Virus record (IMG/VR): IMGVR_UViG_3300024308_000004
Coordinates: 1-38,640 of that record
DNA from: a virus
Taxonomy: Duplodnaviria; Heunggongvirae; Uroviricota; Caudoviricetes
Reading direction: 5' to 3' (one strand)
Length of the DNA: 38,640 bases
In this document: one piece after another, positions 7,814-17,011 of the stretch
Layout: every line of letters starts with the position of its first letter
How positions within the stretch are numbered: position 1 is the first letter of the stretch
The notes under the pieces: generated by a model
Databases searched by the model: none
The model's input: the letters and a program-made list of their open reading frames with translations, nothing else
What the model was told of the DNA's origin: nothing
Made by a program: the position numbers and the translations under genes

Positions 7814-9122
7814 GTCTCGGATTGGTGCCAACCCGAGCGTGGTCAAAATCGATGAAGGCGTACTGGCTGTGGACGGGGGTAAAACCTTCGTCCACACGCT
7901 GCATCGTGCCCAATCGGAAATTTACGCGGACAATACCCGCTTTAAGGTAGTCGTTGCGGGTCGTCGTTTCGGCAAGACAACGGTTTCTATTCAGCACCTC
8001 ATTAAAGTCGCAACCCGGAAGAAGAACGCCCAGGTCTGGTACGTGGCTCCCACGTACGGCATGGCACGAGAAATCGTCTGGACGAAGCTGAAAATGGCGT
8101 TACCTCAACAGTGGGTGGCTAAGACCCATGAATCCTTGCTGAAAATCACCTTGAAGAACGGCTCGGTGATTTCACTCAAGGGCGCTGACCGTCCGGATAC
8201 GTTGCGAGGCGTGGGCTTGGACTACATCGTCCTAGACGAGTTCCAGGACATGCGTAAGGGTGTGTGGGATGAAGTCTTGCGACCGACGTTAGCAACCACC
8301 GGTGGTGGTGCGCTGTTCATCGGTACGCCCAAGTCGTTCAACCATTTCCATAAGCTGTACGAACGTGGTCAGGCCCAGCGCAATCGCAAGAAGCCTGAAT
8401 GGAAGTCGTGGCAGTACCCGACGATTACTTCACCATTCGTGCCGACGGCAGAAGTTGAGCAAGCCCGGCAGGACTTGGACCCGCGCACATTCCGACAGGA
8501 ATTCGAGGCGACGTTTGAGACCATGTCCGGTCGTGTTTACTACCCATTCGACCGTGACAAGCACGTCGGCGACTACCCGTTCAACCCGAAATTACCAATC
8601 TGGATCGGTCAAGACTTCAACATTGACCCTATGTCCAGCGTTATCATTCAGCCGCAACCCAACGGTGAACTGTGGGTCGTAGATGAATTGGTGCTGTTTA
8701 ACTCCAACGTCACGGAAGTCTGTGATGCCCTGGAGCAACGGTACTGGCGCTACCTGAAACAGATTGAGATTTTCCCTGACCCGGCAGGTAATTCCAGGTC
8801 GCACGCCCGTGGTGAGAGCGCCCTGGACATTTTCCGAGCCCGTGGCTTCACGAAGATTTACTACCGCAAGAAGCACCCCTTCGTACAGGATCGTGTCAAT
8901 GCCGTGAATGCCAAGTTGTATTCTGCCACTGGTCAGATTACACTTAGGATCGACCGAAAATGTCGGAACATGATTGAGTCCTTTGAGCAGGTGATCTACA
9001 AAGAGGGCTCTACCGAAATTGATAAGTCCCTTAACAAGGAACACATCGCTGACGCCTTGGGCTATGCGATTGAATACCGGTTCCCGACGAAGGATTACAA
9101 GATGATGGGCTTGAAGATTTAA
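7797..9122 (+). CDS. terL: Terminase large subunit
   Basis: Walker A AGRRFGKT, Walker B IVLDEFQ, IGTPKSFNHF, RNase H-like GQDFNIDP and HIADALGY. Confidence 0.97.
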   Translation: MPAKSKSRIGANPSVVKIDEGVLAVDGGKTFVHTLHRAQSEIYADNTRFKVVVAGRRFGKTTVSIQHLIKVATRKKNAQVWYVAPTYGMAREIVWTKLKMALPQQWVAKTHESLLKITLKNGSVISLKGADRPDTLRGVGLDYIVLDEFQDMRKGVWDEVLRPTLATTGGGALFIGTPKSFNHFHKLYERGQAQRNRKKPEWKSWQYPTITSPFVPTAEVEQARQDLDPRTFRQEFEATFETMSGRVYYPFDRDKHVGDYPFNPKLPIWIGQDFNIDPMSSVIIQPQPNGELWVVDELVLFNSNVTEVCDALEQRYWRYLKQIEIFPDPAGNSRSHARGESALDIFRARGFTKIYYRKKHPFVQDRVNAVNAKLYSATGQITLRIDRKCRNMIESFEQVIYKEGSTEIDKSLNKEHIADALGYAIEYRFPTKDYKMMGLKI

Positions 9123-9132
9123 GGAACCCTTA

Positions 9133-10779
9133 ATGGCCAAGAAGAAACCCTCTGCGGCTACTCCAAAGTTGGAGTATCGCAACCTTTTAAATCGTAAGCA
9201 CCCTGAGTATGACAAGAAGCTGCCGCACTGGCACTTCTTGAACATGACCTATGAATCGCCCCGTGAGTGGTTCAAGCAAAACCTGTTCAGGTTCAACCGC
9301 GAAGGTGAAGAAACCTTCGCTGGTCGCTTGAAGCGTGCCTATCGTTTCAACCATACCCGCGAAGTCGTAGACCTGGTCAACAAGTACCTGTTCAAGACCG
9401 TGCCGCAGCGCAACCCGGATGTGCCGGAAGAAGTTCAGCGTTTCCGTCAGTCGGCTACTCTGTCGGGTCTGACCGTGGAACAGTTTGAGCGTCAGGTCGC
9501 CCGCGAAGCCAGTATTTACGGTCGTGTGTACGTGGTGCTGGACAACAATGTCGCGGCAGATACGATTGTGACCAAGGCTGACGAGAAGGCTGGCAACGTC
9601 AAGTTGTACGCCTACATCGTCACGCCCGAACATATGCGCGATTGTGGTTACGACAAGGACGGCAACTACGAATGGATCCTGATCGAAGAAAAGGCCCGTG
9701 ACGATTCCAACCCGTTCGACGCCTCTTGCACGATCTACTCCAAGTTCCGTCTGTGGACCAAGGACAAGTGGTTCCTGTTTACTACCCGTAACGAGGAATC
9801 CAAGGACGGCCCTGTTGTCGAACTGGAAGAATCGGGCACACATGGTCTGGGCGTTGTTCCGGTTATCAAGTGTGACCATATCGAATCGGACAACAAGTAC
9901 AGCGTTCCGGCTCTGATCGAAGACATTGCCTATCTGGATCGTGCGGTTGCGAACTACTGTTCCAACCTGGACCAGATCATCAATGACCAGACTTTCAGCC
10001 AGCTGGTTATTCCAGCCGGTGGTCTGTTGGGTGGTGTTAGCTCGACCCTGAGTATGGTTGACGGTAATGATCCGGACGTTCTGAAAAAGACTCGGGACAT
10101 TATTGCTCTGGGTACGGGTCAGATTCTGCTGTACGACGGTGAAGGTGGTTCGGCTCCGAGCTACATTTCGCCTGATCCGAAGCAAGCCGAAATGATCGTT
10201 ACTGCCATCAAGCAAATCATCAACGAGATTTACCACACCGTTGGTCTGTCGGGTGAACGCACCAAGCAGGACAACTCCATGGGTATCGATAACTCGTCCG
10301 GTGTTGCCAAGGCTTTCGACTTTGAGCGCGTTAACGCCTTACTGTCTGCCAAGGCAAATGCTATGCAGGCTTTCAGTAATCGTCTGGAAAACATGGTACA
10401 AGTTTGGCACGGTAAGGATCCGAATAAGCTGGATCCGACCAAGGTTGACGTGGAATACTCCACCAACTTCGACGTGCGAAGCCTGAATGATGACCTGTCG
10501 ATTGCCAATCAGTTCATGCTGCTGGGTGTTCCGATGGAACTGCGTCAGTATCAGGCGAAAGAAATGGTTGATAAGATTTGGCCGATGGCTAAAGACGCTG
10601 ATTTGCAGAAGGTTCGTGCCGCTATTGATGGCTGGGAAGACCCGCTTGAAAAGGCAATGAAGATGGCTGGTACACAAAATTCAGAAAATCCTAAAAAAGG
10701 TGTTGACAAGAAGGATCCAATGAATAAGAATACCAGCCAAGGCTTCCCTGGGACTTTACCCAAGGCAGCACAAAAGTGA
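9133..10779 (+). CDS. Portal protein
   Basis: Directly follows TerL, 548 aa, with SPP1-like portal features (GTHGLGVVPV, SGVAKAFDFE, VEYSTNFDV). Confidence 0.9.
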   Translation: MAKKKPSAATPKLEYRNLLNRKHPEYDKKLPHWHFLNMTYESPREWFKQNLFRFNREGEETFAGRLKRAYRFNHTREVVDLVNKYLFKTVPQRNPDVPEEVQRFRQSATLSGLTVEQFERQVAREASIYGRVYVVLDNNVAADTIVTKADEKAGNVKLYAYIVTPEHMRDCGYDKDGNYEWILIEEKARDDSNPFDASCTIYSKFRLWTKDKWFLFTTRNEESKDGPVVELEESGTHGLGVVPVIKCDHIESDNKYSVPALIEDIAYLDRAVANYCSNLDQIINDQTFSQLVIPAGGLLGGVSSTLSMVDGNDPDVLKKTRDIIALGTGQILLYDGEGGSAPSYISPDPKQAEMIVTAIKQIINEIYHTVGLSGERTKQDNSMGIDNSSGVAKAFDFERVNALLSAKANAMQAFSNRLENMVQVWHGKDPNKLDPTKVDVEYSTNFDVRSLNDDLSIANQFMLLGVPMELRQYQAKEMVDKIWPMAKDADLQKVRAAIDGWEDPLEKAMKMAGTQNSENPKKGVDKKDPMNKNTSQGFPGTLPKAAQK

Positions 10780-10834
10780 GGTCAAGCGATAGACCTCAGA
10801 TACGCCAAGAGATAGGCTAACTAAAGGAATCCCT

Positions 10835-11677
10835 ATGCCAGAAGATTTGACACCTGAACAGATTGCCGCTAATGAGAAAGCCGCTGCGGAAGCAAAGGCC
10901 AAGGCAGACGCGGAAGCTGCTGAACGGGAAAAGAATAAGAACAACATCACCGACCGCGAGGCTGAACTCCTCAAGGAAGTGATGGCGAAGAAGGAAGCTG
11001 CCAAGACTGCTACAGCAGCCGCAGAAGCCGCAAAGAAGGAAGCCGAGGAACTGGCTGCCCGACTGAAGGCTTATGACGGTATTGATTTGGAAGAAATCAA
11101 GGGACTGCTGAAGGAAAAGCAAGATCGTGAGCAGGCTGAACTGGAGAAGCGTGGTGAATTTGACCGTGTTAAGGAGCAAATCATTGCGGCGCACAAGCAG
11201 GAAATTGAAACCGTTCGCGGTGAATTGAATCCTAAGCTGGAAGCGCTGACAAGCGAAGTTGCCAAGCGCGATCAGGTCATTACTGAACTGACCATTGGTC
11301 GTTCGTTCTCTGAGTCGCCCTTCATTCGTGATTCGCTGGCACTGCCGGTGTCGAAGGCCCGTATTCTGTACGGTAGCCACTTTGAACTGACTGACGGTAA
11401 GGTCGTTGCATATGACAAGCCTGCTGGTTCTGCGAACCGCACCCCGCTTGTTGATGGTAACGGTGACCCGCTTGCGTTCGATAAGGCTATCGAAAAGATC
11501 GTGGATAGTGACCCGGATCGGGATAATCTGTTGAAGTCCAAGATTCGTAGTGGTGCTGGTTCGGATAACGACCACGGCATCGATACGAAGGATAAGAATA
11601 AGAAGCCTCTCTCGGGTATGGAGCGTATCCTTGCTGGAATCAAGGAAAACGGTATGCCAGAGTTGAAGGTGGTCTAA
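10835..11677 (+). CDS. Capsid scaffolding protein
   Basis: Ala/Glu/Lys coiled coil between portal and capsid; C-terminal NLLKSKIRSGAGS and MERILAG typical of scaffolds. Confidence 0.82.
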   Translation: MPEDLTPEQIAANEKAAAEAKAKADAEAAEREKNKNNITDREAELLKEVMAKKEAAKTATAAAEAAKKEAEELAARLKAYDGIDLEEIKGLLKEKQDREQAELEKRGEFDRVKEQIIAAHKQEIETVRGELNPKLEALTSEVAKRDQVITELTIGRSFSESPFIRDSLALPVSKARILYGSHFELTDGKVVAYDKPAGSANRTPLVDGNGDPLAFDKAIEKIVDSDPDRDNLLKSKIRSGAGSDNDHGIDTKDKNKKPLSGMERILAGIKENGMPELKVV

Positions 11678-11719
11678 TTAAGTAGTACCATCCCATACCT
11701 ATTTAAGGAGTAATACAAG

Positions 11720-12625
11720 ATGCCTCTGTTACGTGTAGAAGCCGAGAAGCTGTCGAATAACGACCTGCTGCGCGGCGTGATTGAAGAAGTGATCGACAAG
11801 GAAGACCTCTTTGCCGTTCTGCCGTTCGTCAAGACCGACGGTAAGGCTTACGTCTACAACCGTGAGAACGGCGTGGTCGAAGCTGAGTTCCTGGACCCGA
11901 ACGACATTGTGCCGGAAGGTGCTGCGAAGTTCACCGAGGTCGTGACCAAGGTTCGCATCCTGGCGCACGACGTTGACGTGGACAAGTTCCTGTCGGGTAC
12001 TATGTCGGACACCACTGAGCAGGTTGCTGTGCAGCTGGCTGCCAAGGCCAAGGGCCTGGCCCGCAAGTACCGTAAGACCCTGGTCATCGGTGACAACACC
12101 GCTAACCCGAAGGAATTCGACGGTCTCCAGGTGCTGGTTGCTGCCAACGCCGCTCAGAACATCAGTGCCGGTACCAACGGTGGCGCGCTGACCCTGGGCC
12201 TGCTGGACGAACTGCTGGACTCCGTGCCGAATGGCGCTGACGTGCTGCTGATGCGTCCGGGCACCATCCGTGCCTTCCGCGCTCTGGTTCGCCAGGCCGG
12301 TGGTAACACCGCTGTGGACCTGATGATCGAGGACTTCGGTCGTCCGATGCTGACCCACAACGGCGTGCCGATCCTGGAGAACGAGTTCATCCCGGTCGCT
12401 GCTCAGGGTACCGCAACCGACACCTGCTCGGTCTATGCGATCCGCCTGAACGAGACTGACGGTCTGCATGGTCTGTATGCCGGTCCGAATGCTGGTATGG
12501 TGGTCGAGCCGATCGGCACCGTCCAGAACAAGGACGCCTTCCGCTGGCGCGTGAAGTGGTATGCCGGTCTGGCCCTCAAGTCGACCCGTTCGGCTAGCCG
12601 CCTCGTCGGTATCACCAACGTCTAA
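11720..12625 (+). CDS. Major capsid protein (HK97 fold)
   Basis: LFAVLPF, YVYNRE, NPKEFDGL, FRWRVKWYAGLALKS motifs; strong RBS TAAGGAG; strong codon bias; terminator follows. Confidence 0.93.
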   Translation: MPLLRVEAEKLSNNDLLRGVIEEVIDKEDLFAVLPFVKTDGKAYVYNRENGVVEAEFLDPNDIVPEGAAKFTEVVTKVRILAHDVDVDKFLSGTMSDTTEQVAVQLAAKAKGLARKYRKTLVIGDNTANPKEFDGLQVLVAANAAQNISAGTNGGALTLGLLDELLDSVPNGADVLLMRPGTIRAFRALVRQAGGNTAVDLMIEDFGRPMLTHNGVPILENEFIPVAAQGTATDTCSVYAIRLNETDGLHGLYAGPNAGMVVEPIGTVQNKDAFRWRVKWYAGLALKSTRSASRLVGITNV

Positions 12626-12650
12626 TCGCAAGGTTAGTTAAACCCCGAAG

Positions 12651-12683
12651 GGGCCTGGGTAATCCCCAGGCCCTTTTCTTTTT
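12651..12683 (+). terminator. Rho-independent terminator after the major capsid gene
   Basis: GGGCCTGGG-TAATC-CCCAGGCCC followed by TTTTCTTTTT. Confidence 0.9.
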
Positions 12684-12700
12684 GCATAAGGAGTTACAAA

Positions 12701-13129
12701 ATGGCACAGCGTTTAAAGATTGTTGAAAAGGGTTGGGAAACTTTCTCGGATTACTTCGGTGGCTTTAAGTTCACCAACGGTCTGTCTGATGAAGCCATTC
12801 CGAGTGCAGACGCCCAGCGCCTTGGTTCGTGGATCCGCTTTGAAGGCGTAGATGATGAAGCTCAGGTTGGTGAAGGCGTAGTGCAGGTTGCTCTGACGGA
12901 CACCAAGGCTGATGTGGTTATCGCTGCTGGTGACAAAGAGCCTGAAACCGTGAGCGTTGAACAGGCTGCCGAAGCTGCCGTCGAAGCAACCAAGTACACC
13001 GTCGAAGAACTGGAAGCCCTGGCTGATCAGGGTGGTATCGCCGCTCTGCGTAAGATTGGTGACAAGATCGGCGTTAAGGGTCGTGGCATTCCGGAACTGA
13101 TCCGCGAAATCATCCAGAAGCAGGGGTAA
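12701..13129 (+). CDS. Hypothetical head-region protein with C-terminal Rho-N/HeH-like helical motif
   Basis: RBS TAAGGAG; C-terminus YTVEELEALADQGGIAALRKIGDKIGVKGRGIPELIREII. Confidence 0.7.
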   Translation: MAQRLKIVEKGWETFSDYFGGFKFTNGLSDEAIPSADAQRLGSWIRFEGVDDEAQVGEGVVQVALTDTKADVVIAAGDKEPETVSVEQAAEAAVEATKYTVEELEALADQGGIAALRKIGDKIGVKGRGIPELIREIIQKQG

Positions 13130-13135
13130 TCAATC

Positions 13136-13891
13136 ATGGAAAAGTATGTAGTTGGTGATTTGTTCCCGATCCCGTTGGTTGGTGAAGGTCTTCCCGAAGG
13201 TGCTGCTGTCAAGGTTTCGTACCGCTTAATTCGCATGGAACCGCCAGCAGACCCGAATGATCCTAATTCAAACCAAATCGGTGAATTCGAGGTTCAGTAC
13301 AACCCGTCCGGCAAGATCGGTCTGCCGTTCCCTGAAACCGTTGGTCGTCGCAGTATGTGGTTCTGTGGATGGACAATCCAGGACAACATGTCAGGCTTCC
13401 ATAACGGTCAGCAGGAGTTCATGATTGAGGCGTATGAAACGCTGGTGAAGGGTGAGAATTCCTTCCAGGGTTACTACGAAGCCCTCATGCGGACCGAAGA
13501 CATTCCGGGAATCGATGCGTTCAAGGCGCTGTCTAAGCAGGAGCAGATTGCTGCCCTGATTAACAGTTGGCGTCAAATCAGCTCCATGACGTTCATGTCG
13601 AAAGGCAAAATCATTTGGGATATTGGCTCGCTTAATGCCACTGAATTGGATAAACTGGACCCTAGGTTGCTTGAAGCCCTGTGCCTCGCACAGATTCTGG
13701 AAGCAAACGAAACCATGGATTCCAATTCGGCACACAACAAGCGTCTGGAAGGCATCATGTCCGAGACGATTGGCGAAAGCTCGATGATGTTCCGTCCGGG
13801 TAAGGTTGCTTCTAACACGGTCCTGTCGCGTCGTTCGATGGGCTTCTTGCGGAATTATTTGGTCTACACTGCAAGGATTACCCGTGTCTAA
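13136..13891 (+). CDS. Putative head-tail adaptor
   Basis: Position in the neck cluster; C-terminal GIMSETIGESSMMFR resembles adaptor proteins. Confidence 0.6.
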   Translation: MEKYVVGDLFPIPLVGEGLPEGAAVKVSYRLIRMEPPADPNDPNSNQIGEFEVQYNPSGKIGLPFPETVGRRSMWFCGWTIQDNMSGFHNGQQEFMIEAYETLVKGENSFQGYYEALMRTEDIPGIDAFKALSKQEQIAALINSWRQISSMTFMSKGKIIWDIGSLNATELDKLDPRLLEALCLAQILEANETMDSNSAHNKRLEGIMSETIGESSMMFRPGKVASNTVLSRRSMGFLRNYLVYTARITRV

Positions 13892-14561
13892 ACCCATCGA
13901 TCTTATCGAAGAAAGCGCCAATGCTATCGCGCGTAGCCTTGACGTTGTGGTCTACTCCCTGGACGGCTTGTTTGAGCGAGCCGTCCGGGATCGTCCTGAT
14001 TACCGTGGACTCACCGAGTTCATCAATCAGGCGTCTGCAATCAGCGACGACAACGTTAACCGCGTTGTCGCTCGCCTTGTAGAAAGTATGGATGCGCTGA
14101 AAGCGTCTCTGAGCGATTCTGAGCGCGTCCGCTTGTCTGAGCGCGACGACGACACAGAAGCATATGCTGGCGAAGCACACGAAGCGTTTGGGGCGTTTTT
14201 CGCGCAAGCCAAACTAGCTTATGCAAAGCGTTTGCGCGAAGTCATCGCGGCCAAGTCATTTGGCTTCGATACTTACAACGCCGATCCGCGAATTATGTTA
14301 CGAAACGGACAACAGTGGCATTTCTCAGTCTTCGCGTATCTCCAAACGCGCCAGATGTTGGTGAATTTCTACAACAACACCAAGATTGGCTTGTATGCAG
14401 ATGCCGGGATTGCCGAGTACACGCTTGATACCGAAGATGCCGAACTGATGTTTGAGCCATATTCGGTCGAGTCATACCCGGAAGATGCTGCGAAGTTGTT
14501 CCATCCGCGAACAATGAACCTTGTGGGAGCACCTTATGTTTCGTCCGAATCTGACGTGTAA
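13884..14561 (+). CDS. Hypothetical virion morphogenesis protein
   Basis: GTG 13884 (MSKPIDLIEE...) follows RBS AAGGA; overlaps neighbours on both sides. Confidence 0.6.
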   Translation: MSKPIDLIEESANAIARSLDVVVYSLDGLFERAVRDRPDYRGLTEFINQASAISDDNVNRVVARLVESMDALKASLSDSERVRLSERDDDTEAYAGEAHEAFGAFFAQAKLAYAKRLREVIAAKSFGFDTYNADPRIMLRNGQQWHFSVFAYLQTRQMLVNFYNNTKIGLYADAGIAEYTLDTEDAELMFEPYSVESYPEDAAKLFHPRTMNLVGAPYVSSESDV

Positions 14562-14883
14562 AATCGCCAAGTACGACAAAAAGGACGGCTACGGCAAACG
14601 CATCTACGGACCTTGGAAAACAACACCTTGTGCCATCGTAAAGCTGGTGCAAGAGACCAAGAAAACGTCGGTGCGTACGGACTCCAGCGCAACACGCGGC
14701 ACTGCGCAAGAAATCCTTGCCGATGCCCGACTGTTGTTCCCGAAATACGTGTCCCTGAAACCGGGCGACCGTATCTCAATCATGGGGTTTGAGCTGACCG
14801 TAGTGTCTGTTTTCCCCCGTCACAGCGTTCTGGGCAATCACGACCACTGGGAAGTGGACTTTGATGTTTACGGAGCAGAATGA
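14536..14883 (+). CDS. Putative head closure protein
   Basis: About 115 aa, beta-rich (DGYGK, LKPGDRISIMG, DHWEV), in the head-closure position; start ATG 14536. Confidence 0.68.
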   Translation: MFRPNLTCKIAKYDKKDGYGKRIYGPWKTTPCAIVKLVQETKKTSVRTDSSATRGTAQEILADARLLFPKYVSLKPGDRISIMGFELTVVSVFPRHSVLGNHDHWEVDFDVYGAE

Positions 14884-15347
14884 TGGGATTCAAAATCACC
14901 AATCAATCGAAGGTCATTACGACATTTAGGCTGATTGATAAGGAAGTGTCTTCGTCAGCCCGTGACGTTATGCGGGAATACGCTATGAAGATTCGTGACA
15001 CGGCAAGGGACTTTGCTCCGGTACTGGAACATCGTATCGAGAAAGCCATCAAAATCTTGCCGTCGCAGGGTAACCAGTATAGTCTTAGGCTGACAGTGGC
15101 AGTTGAGGGTATTGTGAAGGGTCGTGATGTGACCACTTACGCTGCTATTGTCCACGAATACCCCTGGGAAAAACGAGGAGTGTTTACACGCCTCAAAGGT
15201 CCGCAAGCTGGTCCAAGATACCTAAAGCGTGCGGTTGATTTACATCGAAAGGACTTGACCCGAGATTTACAAGCCGCAATGGGTGGAGCGATCGCCAAAG
15301 CGATTCGTAAGGGCGGTACAAACAACTCCAAGAGGCGTCGCAGATGA
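14880..15347 (+). CDS. Neck/tail completion protein (HK97 gp10-like)
   Basis: IRDTARDFAPV...YAAIVHE...AGPRYLKRAV pattern; basic. Confidence 0.75.
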   Translation: MMGFKITNQSKVITTFRLIDKEVSSSARDVMREYAMKIRDTARDFAPVLEHRIEKAIKILPSQGNQYSLRLTVAVEGIVKGRDVTTYAAIVHEYPWEKRGVFTRLKGPQAGPRYLKRAVDLHRKDLTRDLQAAMGGAIAKAIRKGGTNNSKRRRR

Positions 15348-15736
15348 CAATTAAATTGGAAGCAGTGCGGGAAATCCTTGAATCCGAAGGTATTGCCAAG
15401 TTCGGGGAGGACCTGTATATTTACACGATGCCGGAAGGTGTCCAGAATGGCGTTCTTTTGACTGATGATACCGACACTCCGACGGAAGTGGATGAATATA
15501 TCCCGAAGTTGAAGAAATCGGATTTCCGGGCGATTGTCCGGGGCAACGATTATCAGGAAGCCATGGCACTCGCTAATCGAGTGTCGGCCGCCTTGAATAA
15601 GTATGACTACATGGCGTCAAATGGCTTGAAGTTCCTGAGGCTCAAGCCTACTTACGATCCAATCGCTTACCCGCTTGCCGAGTCCGATGTGATCGAAGTT
15701 AGTGTGAACCTTTGGACCGCGTACATTGAACCCTAA
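15344..15736 (+). CDS. Putative tail terminator
   Basis: 130 aa directly before the major tail gene; FRAIVRGNDYQEAMALANRV pattern. Confidence 0.68.
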   Translation: MTIKLEAVREILESEGIAKFGEDLYIYTMPEGVQNGVLLTDDTDTPTEVDEYIPKLKKSDFRAIVRGNDYQEAMALANRVSAALNKYDYMASNGLKFLRLKPTYDPIAYPLAESDVIEVSVNLWTAYIEP

Positions 15737-15753
15737 TTGAGGAGTAATAAAGA

Positions 15754-16299
15754 ATGGCTTTAAATAGCAACCAAACCACAAACGTCAAGTTGGGCGTTTG
15801 CAAGGTTTTCCTGGGTGGTGAAGACCTGGGTTTCACCAAGGGCGGTGTTGAGGTTCAGGTTGAAACTGAATCGCGCGTTGTCTCGGTGGACCAGCTGGGT
15901 ACCACTCCGATTTCCGAGTACATTACCGGTCGTAGCTGCACCGTGACCGTTCCGCTGGCCGAAACCACCACTGACCACCTGGTTGCTATCATGCCGGGTT
16001 CTACTAAGGTCGGTACTGGTGCGACGGCTTACGCTGACGTTGAAACTGGCGTTGGTACCGAACTGCGCGACATTGCCAAGGTGCTGCGTCTGCACCCGGT
16101 GTCGAAGGCTGCGTCGGACAAGTCGGAAGACTTCGTTATCCCGCTGGCTGGTACCACTGGTGCCCTGTCGTTCAGCTACAAGCTGGATGAGGAGCGCATC
16201 TTCAACGTGGAGTTCAAGGCTTACGCCGATAACAACGGCAAGCTGTTCTACGTTGGTGCGGTCAACATCGATGACGCTACTGGCGTTATCACCCCGTAA
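15754..16299 (+). CDS. Major tail (tube) protein
   Basis: DLGFTKGGVEV, VDQLG, VTVPLAET, FSYKLDEERIFNVEFKA; RBS GAGGAG. Confidence 0.88.
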   Translation: MALNSNQTTNVKLGVCKVFLGGEDLGFTKGGVEVQVETESRVVSVDQLGTTPISEYITGRSCTVTVPLAETTTDHLVAIMPGSTKVGTGATAYADVETGVGTELRDIAKVLRLHPVSKAASDKSEDFVIPLAGTTGALSFSYKLDEERIFNVEFKAYADNNGKLFYVGAVNIDDATGVITP

Positions 16300-16312
16300 T
16301 TGACCCCTAAAC

Positions 16313-16334
16313 GCCCCCAGGTATACCTGGGGGC
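16313..16334. repeat. Perfect 22-bp palindrome (intergenic hairpin)
   Basis: GCCCCCAGGTATACCTGGGGGC between the tail tube and chaperone genes; no U-tract on the plus strand. Confidence 0.85.
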
Positions 16335-16346
16335 TTGGAGTATAAG

Positions 16347-16715
16347 ATGACCAAACTGTTAAACCTTGATGACATTCGCGTAGATAGCCAGCGCACCGTG
16401 ATTCTGCACGGCGTGACCTATGCCGTTCGCGACTTCACCGTAGAGGAATACCTGGACTTCCAGGTCGAATTCCAGAAGTTCGGCGAAGCGTACAACTCCA
16501 ACAATATTCAGGATCTGCGTACCGTGGTTCAGACCACCAAGCGCATGGTCCAGCTGGGCATCCCTGACTTCCCGCAAGAAGAAGTCGGCAAGCTGAACCC
16601 GCTCCAGATGCTCACTCTGGTTTCGATGATCGCTGGTTTCATGCCGGAACCGGATGAAGAAACACAGGAAGCCATCGAAAAAAAAGACGAGCCGGAGACT
16701 CCGGTAGCAGTGTAA
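16347..16715 (+). CDS. Tail assembly chaperone (lambda gpG equivalent)
   Basis: ATG 16347 after GGAG; lies between tail tube and tape measure; slippery A-run near the 3' end. Confidence 0.82.
   Translation: MTKLLNLDDIRVDSQRTVILHGVTYAVRDFTVEEYLDFQVEFQKFGEAYNSNNIQDLRTVVQTTKRMVQLGIPDFPQEEVGKLNPLQMLTLVSMIAGFMPEPDEETQEAIEKKDEPETPVAV
16678..16705 (+). promoter_or_regulatory. Programmed -1 ribosomal frameshift site (G to GT)
   Basis: GAA AAA AAA GAC (8 A), a 5-nt spacer, then hairpin GCCGGA-GAC-TCCGGT; the -1 frame (KKRRAGDSGSSVTAIDLPFFIVE...) is open into ORF 16727-17002. Confidence 0.85.
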
Positions 16716-16726
16716 CCGCAATCGAT

Positions 16727-17002
16727 TTGCCCTTCTTCATCGTAGAAACCATGCACTACTACGGTTGGAATTGGCAGCAGATCATGCAAACTCCTATCAA
16801 GCTGTTCTGGACTCTCCTCAAGCAAATGTATCGGTTACAGGCTCAAGAAGCCTTGCGCTGGATTCGTATTCTTTCCGTGCCCAATCTGACCGAAGATGCG
16901 AGGAAGTCTTTCATCGAAGAACAGGTAAGGGCGCTGGGCGTTATCCAAGTCAACGACGAACGTGACGAGGATGGCTTTAACAAGCTCAAAAACCTTTCGT
17001 AA
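16727..17002 (+). CDS. C-terminal part of the frameshifted tail assembly chaperone (gpT equivalent)
   Basis: No clear independent RBS; in the -1 frame of gpG; HYYGWNWQQIMQTP pattern typical of gpT. Confidence 0.8.
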   Translation: MPFFIVETMHYYGWNWQQIMQTPIKLFWTLLKQMYRLQAQEALRWIRILSVPNLTEDARKSFIEEQVRALGVIQVNDERDEDGFNKLKNLS

Positions 17003-17011
17003 GGAGGAAAA

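Noticed and set aside
9187-10236. 349-aa minus-strand ORF
   Set aside because: Shadow of the portal gene; no RBS or family features.
11729-12631. 300-aa minus-strand ORF spanning the capsid gene
   Set aside because: Typical antisense open frame from strong codon bias.
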